Assembly (NCBI GenBank): GCA_031372565.1
Contig: JANMLN010000043.1
Location: 1 to 11,114, forward strand
Origin: Gemmatimonadota bacterium
Lineage (GTDB): Bacteria > Gemmatimonadota > Gemmatimonadetes > Gemmatimonadales > Gemmatimonadaceae
Length of the DNA stretch: 11,114 bases
Direction of reading: 5' to 3'
The position numbers and the translations under genes were made by a program. Shown in pieces: positions 6,299 through 11,114 of the stretch (position 1 is its first letter; each line of letters starts with the position of its first letter). Below the pieces are notes generated by a model. The model was not told the DNA's origin. It saw only the letters and a list, made by a program, of their open reading frames with translations, and made no database searches.

Positions 6299-6766
6299 AT
6301 GCCGCTCACGCTCCGCCCCGAAAGCCGAACGGCGCGCCCCTTCACCTCCCTCGAGCAGGAGGCGCACCTCAACATCGTGCGCGCCGCGCTCGAACTCGAC
6401 GCAGACCTGGACGACGTGCTCAAGCCCTCCGGCATCAGCAGCACCCAGTTCAACGTCCTCCGCGTCCTGCGGGGAGCCGAGCCGGACGGGCTCTGCCGAG
6501 GCGAACTCGGGCTGCGCCTGCTCGGCCGGATGCCGGACGTGACACGCATGCTCGACCGGTTGGAGGCCATGCATCTCGTGCACAGGCAGCGGGAAGTGAC
6601 CGATCGCCGTCAAGTTCGCACGCGCATCACCACGCGCGGGAGCGCCCTGCTGGCCGACGTCGATGCGCACGTGGAGGCGGAGCATGCGCGTCGGCTCGCG
6701 CACCTGGGTCCGAGAGACCTCCGCACGCTGGTGGCGTTGCTGACGCGCATCCTGCAGCCCGAGTGA
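6299..6766 (+). CDS. MarR-family winged-helix transcriptional regulator
   Basis: Motifs LKPSGISSTQFNVLRVL, PDVTRMLDRLEAMHLVHR and the wing DRRQVRTRITTRG; 155 aa. Confidence 0.92.
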   Translation: MPLTLRPESRTARPFTSLEQEAHLNIVRAALELDADLDDVLKPSGISSTQFNVLRVLRGAEPDGLCRGELGLRLLGRMPDVTRMLDRLEAMHLVHRQREVTDRRQVRTRITTRGSALLADVDAHVEAEHARRLAHLGPRDLRTLVALLTRILQPE

Positions 6767-6845
6767 CCTCAAGGCGACCGCGCCTCGAACCGATGCGCGA
6801 TGCCTTGATCACCGACAGCGTTTCCGCCTCCACGAGGACACAACC

Positions 6846-7796
6846 ATGAGCGCCAGCACCCCCGCACTCTTCGGCGACACGCCACGCGCCGAGCCCGCAA
6901 CGCCGGGTAGCTACGGCGAACCGCCGCGCGGATACCGGCTCCCCGCAGCGACGCGCCTCGGCGCGGTGCACCTGCAGGTGGCCGACCTCGCGCGCTCGGT
7001 TGCGTTCTATGAGGGCACGCTCGGTTTCGCTGTCGCGGCGCGCGACGCGCAACGTGCCGTCCTCACCGCGCAGGACAGCGACCGTACGCTCATCGAACTG
7101 CACGAACGGCGGGGCGCCAAGCCGGCGGGACGGCGCGCGCAGCTCGGCCTTTTTCACGTCGCCATCCTCCTGCCCGAGCGCGCGTCGTTGGGCCGCTTCC
7201 TCCGTCACATGACCGCGCTGGGCGTACCGGTCGGCGCGGGCGATCATCGTGTCAGCGAAGCACTCTACCTCAGCGATCCGGATGGACTGGGCCTCGAGGT
7301 GTACGCGGATCGGCCGCGCAACACATGGCAGCGCCTCGGTCGCGAGCTGATGCTCGCCACGGACCCGGTGGACATGGGAGGGCTGCTCGACGCCGCCGGC
7401 GATGCGACATGGACCGGCATGCCTGCGGGCACGACGATCGGCCACGTGCACCTGCACGTGGGCGACATCGAGATGGGCGCACGGTTCTACGCCGATGCGG
7501 TCGGCTTCGACAAGATCACGTGGCGCTACCCTGGCGCACTCTTTCTGGGAGCGGGCGGGTATCATCATCATCTGGGCACCAATACGTGGGCAGGCCCCGA
7601 CGCCCCGAGCGCAGACGAAAACGATGCGCGGCTGATCGCGTGGACGATCGAACTCCCCGATGCGGCGAGCGTGGCCGAGGTGACCGCCAGCCTGCTGGCA
7701 GGCGGCTACGACGTGGCGCGCGAGGGCCCGCACAGCGCGAGCACCGATCCCTGGGGAACGAAAGTCGTGTTCGCCGTGGCCAAGGTGCCGCACTGA
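6846..7796 (+). CDS. Two-domain VOC/glyoxalase-family protein, CatE-like catechol 2,3-dioxygenase
   Basis: Motifs LGAVHLQVADLARSVAFY, GLFHVAILLP, DHRVSEALYLSDPDGLGLEVYADRP, IGHVHLHVGD, GGYHHHLGTNTW and DPWG. GAGGA at 6834-6838 lies 7 nt before the ATG. The substrate cannot be established from sequence. Confidence 0.88.
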   Translation: MSASTPALFGDTPRAEPATPGSYGEPPRGYRLPAATRLGAVHLQVADLARSVAFYEGTLGFAVAARDAQRAVLTAQDSDRTLIELHERRGAKPAGRRAQLGLFHVAILLPERASLGRFLRHMTALGVPVGAGDHRVSEALYLSDPDGLGLEVYADRPRNTWQRLGRELMLATDPVDMGGLLDAAGDATWTGMPAGTTIGHVHLHVGDIEMGARFYADAVGFDKITWRYPGALFLGAGGYHHHLGTNTWAGPDAPSADENDARLIAWTIELPDAASVAEVTASLLAGGYDVAREGPHSASTDPWGTKVVFAVAKVPH

Positions 7797-7803
7797 CGTC
7801 GAC

Positions 7804-7828
7804 AGCGCGTGCACCAGCGCACGGCGCT
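7804..7828. terminator. Imperfect hairpin between convergent genes
   Basis: AGCG-CGTGC / loop ACCAGC / GCACG-G-CGCT gives 9 bp with one bulge, in the 41-nt gap between two stop codons. There is no U-tract on either strand. Confidence 0.25.
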
Positions 7829-7837
7829 ACACCCGGA

Positions 7838-9097
7838 CTACTCCGGAGCGACGTCGGCGGCCTGCCGCTTGGCCAGCATCGATAGCGCCGGCGGTGTGAC
7901 GAACGTCGTGCCGAGCACCATCACCATGATCGCGCCGAACTCCCCGGCATCGATCGCGCTGGCGGCGAGTCCCATCTGCGCGAAGATGAGCCCGACCTCT
8001 CCACGCGGCACCATCGCCACGCCCACGAGCAGCTTGTTCCCCGTGTACCACCACGGCGCAAAGCCGGCCGCCACCTTCCCGGCAATGCCGATCACCAGCA
8101 GCACGGCGCCAACCTGGAGACTGCGCGGATCGAGCAGCGCGCCAAGGTTCACGGCGGCGCCCACGCTCGCAAAGAAGATCGGGACGAAGAGGTACCCGAG
8201 CGTCCTGGTCTTCTCCTCGATGTCGGCGCGTTGCGGTGTGGGATGCAGCACGACCCCAGCCGCGAACGCGCCAATGATCATCGCCGAACCGGCGCGATCG
8301 GCCAACCAGGCCAGCAGAAAGGCGACGGCAAGTCCGATCAGGCCGATGGCGCTCGCGGAGTCGATCCGGCCAACGGCGCGAAGCAGCGGCGGGACGGCAC
8401 GATTCCCCACCAGCAGGCTCGCGCCGACAAAGCCGATGGCGACCCCTGCCACCTTGGCCACGTGGCCCGCCGTCAATGACTCGCCGCCGGCCAACGACGC
8501 GATCACGCTCAGGATGATGAGGCCCACGACATCATCGAGTACCGCGGCGCCGAGCACGACCTGTCCGTCGCGCTGCGCGAGGAGTCCGAGGTCATCGAGC
8601 ACGCGGGCGGAAATCCCCACGCTCGTGGCCGTGAGCGCCGCCGCTCCGACGAGCGCCGGCACCAGCGCGAGCCCCATCGCGTGCAGCGCGAGGTAGCCGC
8701 CCGCAAACGGCAGGATGACACCGGCGAGCGCCACCGTGACGGCGACACTCCCCACGGCAGCGAGTGCCTTGAGGTCGGTGTGCATCCCGATGTCGAAGAG
8801 CAGGATCAGCACGCCGATCTCCGCGAACGCCTGGACGGCAGGGTCGGCGGGATCCAGGACGCCGAGCACCGACCGGCCCAGCAGCACACCAGCCACCAGT
8901 TCGCCAAGCACGGCCGGCTGCCCCAGGCGCTGAGCCGCGTAGCCGAGCACCGACGTGGCGAAGATCGTGGCCACGAGCGCCAGCAGAAACGCCTGCACGC
9001 CCGCGCCGGTGGCCGCGCCCGCGAGCACGAGCGGCGCGGACACGACGAGCGCGATCCGGACGCGGCGCGCGGACCACGCAGCGCGCCCGATGGCCAC
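7838..9097 (-). CDS. Cation:proton antiporter, CPA2 (NapA/KefB-like) family, membrane domain only
   Basis: Highly hydrophobic. Motifs RLGQPAVLGELVAGVLLG, AEIGVLILLF-IG, ATSVGISARVL, GAAVLDDVVG, FVPIFFASVG and GVAMVPRGEVGLIFA. The GTG start overlaps the speA stop (TAGTG); the exact start is less certain. Confidence 0.9.
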   Translation of the reverse strand: MAIGRAAWSARRVRIALVVSAPLVLAGAATGAGVQAFLLALVATIFATSVLGYAAQRLGQPAVLGELVAGVLLGRSVLGVLDPADPAVQAFAEIGVLILLFDIGMHTDLKALAAVGSVAVTVALAGVILPFAGGYLALHAMGLALVPALVGAAALTATSVGISARVLDDLGLLAQRDGQVVLGAAVLDDVVGLIILSVIASLAGGESLTAGHVAKVAGVAIGFVGASLLVGNRAVPPLLRAVGRIDSASAIGLIGLAVAFLLAWLADRAGSAMIIGAFAAGVVLHPTPQRADIEEKTRTLGYLFVPIFFASVGAAVNLGALLDPRSLQVGAVLLVIGIAGKVAAGFAPWWYTGNKLLVGVAMVPRGEVGLIFAQMGLAASAIDAGEFGAIMVMVLGTTFVTPPALSMLAKRQAADVAPE

Positions 9098-11103
9098 TAC
9101 CGCGCGGCCTCGCCCTCGAGGTACGTGTATCCCTCGAGTCCGGCCACGTAGTCGGCGATGAAACCGTTGGCCTCGCTGCGCTCCATGCCGACCGCGTTGC
9201 CCACCTTGCGGCGGAAGGTGGCCAGCAGATCCGAGGCGCGGTACTGCACGTAGTTGAGCACTTCGGTCACGGTGTCGCCGTGCACGAGATCGCTCACCGT
9301 GTGCCCGTTCTCGGAGAGGCGCACGTGGACGGCGTTGGTGTCGCCGAAGAGGTTGTGCAGGTCGCCGAGAATCTCCTGGTACGCGCCCGTGAGAAAGATC
9401 CCGAGCATGTACGGATCGACGTCGTTGAACGTGTGGAGCGCGAGCGACGCCTCGCCGTCGACGAACCGGTCGATCTTGCCGTCGGAGTCACAGGTCACGT
9501 CCTGGATGGTGCCGCGACGGGTGGGCTCCTCGTTCAGCCGGTGGACCGGCATGATCGGGAAGAGTTGGTCGATCGCCCACGAGTCGGGGAGCGACTGGAA
9601 CAGCGAGAAGTTGCAGAAGTAGCGGTCGGTGAGTGCCGACGACAGTTCGCTGAGGATGTCGGCATACTCGTCGCGATCGCGCTGGCAGAAGCGCGCCAGC
9701 TCGTTGGCCGTGCCGAGGTAGTACTGCTCGGCCTTGGCCCGCTCGCGCAGCGAGAGGACGCCGCTGGCGAAATACGACTGCGCGCGCCCCTTGTGGTGCT
9801 CGATGTCGTGATGGATCTCGCGCACGCGTCGCGGGCTGCGCAGCCGCTTCGTGCTGATCGTCTGGTACTCCTCGTACATCTCGTGCAGGATGTTGTGCTC
9901 GTCGTCGGTCGGGGCCGGGACTTCGGGCATCACCTGCGACTCGACGTCGATGACGTTGAGCAGGAGCAGCGCGTGGTGGGCCGTGAGCGCGCGCCCGGAC
10001 TCGCTGATCAGGTGCGGCATCGGCAGGTCCTGCTCGCGACAGGCCTCGGCCATCGTGTAGACGATGTCGCCTGCGTACTCCTCGAGCGAGTAGTTGGTGC
10101 TGGCCTGTGCGGTGGAGTTGGAGCCGTCGTAGTCGACGCCCAGGCCGCCGCCCACGTCCACGTGCGTGATGTCGAGCCCGAGCTTGCGGAGCTCGGCGTA
10201 ATAGCGCGTCACTTCCTCGAGCGCCGCCTTGATGTAGCGGATGTCGGTGATCTGCGATCCGAGATGGAAGTGGATCAGCTTGACGACGTCGAGCGCATCC
10301 TCGGCCTTGAGCTTGTCGAGGACGCGCACGAGTCCCGCCGGCGACAGCCCGAACTTGGACTTCTCGCCACCCGACTGCGCCCAGCGGCCAGCGCCCTCGC
10401 TGTGCAGCTTGATGCGAATGCCCGCCGTGGGACGCACCCCCATCTCGCGGGCCGCCTGCAGCAGCACGTCCACTTCGGAGAGCTGCTCGAGCACGATGAA
10501 CACGCGGTGACCCAGCTTCTGGCCCATGAGGGCGAGCCGCATGAACTCGTCGTCCTTGTAGCCGTTGCAGACGATGATGTGGTCCGTGCTCTCGGAGAGC
10601 CCGAGCACGGCCTGCAGTTCGGGCTTGGAGCCCGCCTCGAGGCCGACGCCGGTGGCCCGCCCGAACTCGACGATTTCCTCCACGACGTGGCGCTGCTGAT
10701 TGACCTTGATCGGAAAGACCGTCGTGTACTCGCCCGTGTACTCGTACTCCTTGATCGCACTGGCAAACGCCTCGTGCAGCTGGCGGATGCGCGAGTCGAG
10801 GATGTCGGAGAAGCGGAGCAGCACGGGCAAGCCGACGCCCTGCTGCTCGAGGTCCCGGGCGATCTCGTAGAGGTCGACCGCCTGCTCGGGCCGGTTGCGA
10901 TCGGGCCGCACGACCACGTGCCCCGCGGCATTGATGTCGAAGAAGCCCGCGCCCCACCCTTCGATGTTGTACAGCGTCTTGGCGCTCTCGATCGTCCACG
11001 GCCCCGTGGGGGGCGCGGGCGGGCCGCCGTGGCCGTTGACGGGCGCGCTGGCTGGGGACGCGCCGGCGGCCGCCGGCGGCGTGAGTGTTTCGGGGCTGGT
11101 CAT
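9097..11103 (-). CDS. speA: Biosynthetic arginine decarboxylase (PLP-dependent, fold type III)
   Basis: PLP lysine motif FPIKVNQ, plus GLEAGSKPEL, HFHLGSQI, DVGGGLGVDYDGS, SESGRA, NFSLFQSLPDSWAIDQLFPIMP, TCDSDG and GAYQEILGDLHNLFGDTN; 668 aa. Confidence 0.96.
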   Translation of the reverse strand: MTSPETLTPPAAAGASPASAPVNGHGGPPAPPTGPWTIESAKTLYNIEGWGAGFFDINAAGHVVVRPDRNRPEQAVDLYEIARDLEQQGVGLPVLLRFSDILDSRIRQLHEAFASAIKEYEYTGEYTTVFPIKVNQQRHVVEEIVEFGRATGVGLEAGSKPELQAVLGLSESTDHIIVCNGYKDDEFMRLALMGQKLGHRVFIVLEQLSEVDVLLQAAREMGVRPTAGIRIKLHSEGAGRWAQSGGEKSKFGLSPAGLVRVLDKLKAEDALDVVKLIHFHLGSQITDIRYIKAALEEVTRYYAELRKLGLDITHVDVGGGLGVDYDGSNSTAQASTNYSLEEYAGDIVYTMAEACREQDLPMPHLISESGRALTAHHALLLLNVIDVESQVMPEVPAPTDDEHNILHEMYEEYQTISTKRLRSPRRVREIHHDIEHHKGRAQSYFASGVLSLRERAKAEQYYLGTANELARFCQRDRDEYADILSELSSALTDRYFCNFSLFQSLPDSWAIDQLFPIMPVHRLNEEPTRRGTIQDVTCDSDGKIDRFVDGEASLALHTFNDVDPYMLGIFLTGAYQEILGDLHNLFGDTNAVHVRLSENGHTVSDLVHGDTVTEVLNYVQYRASDLLATFRRKVGNAVGMERSEANGFIADYVAGLEGYTYLEGEAAR

Positions 11104-11114
11104 TGCACGGAAAC

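Noticed and set aside
9488..10999. 503-aa alternative-frame ORF inside speA
   Set aside because: Its Arg-rich translation is a by-product of the high third-position GC of speA, and no domain is recognisable.
1..11114. CRISPR arrays, tRNA/rRNA genes, IS elements, integrases or island boundary repeats
   Set aside because: None were seen by eye. All intergenic gaps are under 150 nt and no flanking direct repeats were found around the nir module, so mobility is not claimed.

Overview
GC-rich bacterial window with nine credible protein genes. No RNA genes, mobile elements or CRISPR arrays were seen. The gene content suggests a Gram-negative lineage, possibly Gemmatimonadota, but that is an unverified impression. 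The core is a minus-strand nitrite-reduction module: an Rrf2 Fe-S regulator, a three-domain copper nitrite reductase with a C-terminal cytochrome c (nirK), a translationally coupled single protein fusing a degenerate FGE-sulfatase (NirV-like) domain to a SCO copper-chaperone domain, and an alginate-export-family outer-membrane barrel, followed by a DUF3224-like gene. A 21-bp motif (16/21 identical) lies at nearly the same distance upstream of both rrf2 and nirK and is a candidate operator. A MarR regulator is transcribed divergently from a probably leaderless promoter with its own palindrome, followed by a CatE-like VOC dioxygenase. The flanks hold a 5'-truncated TPR protein on the left and speA coupled to a CPA2 cation:proton antiporter on the right. 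All calls come from motif recognition by eye; no database searches were run.
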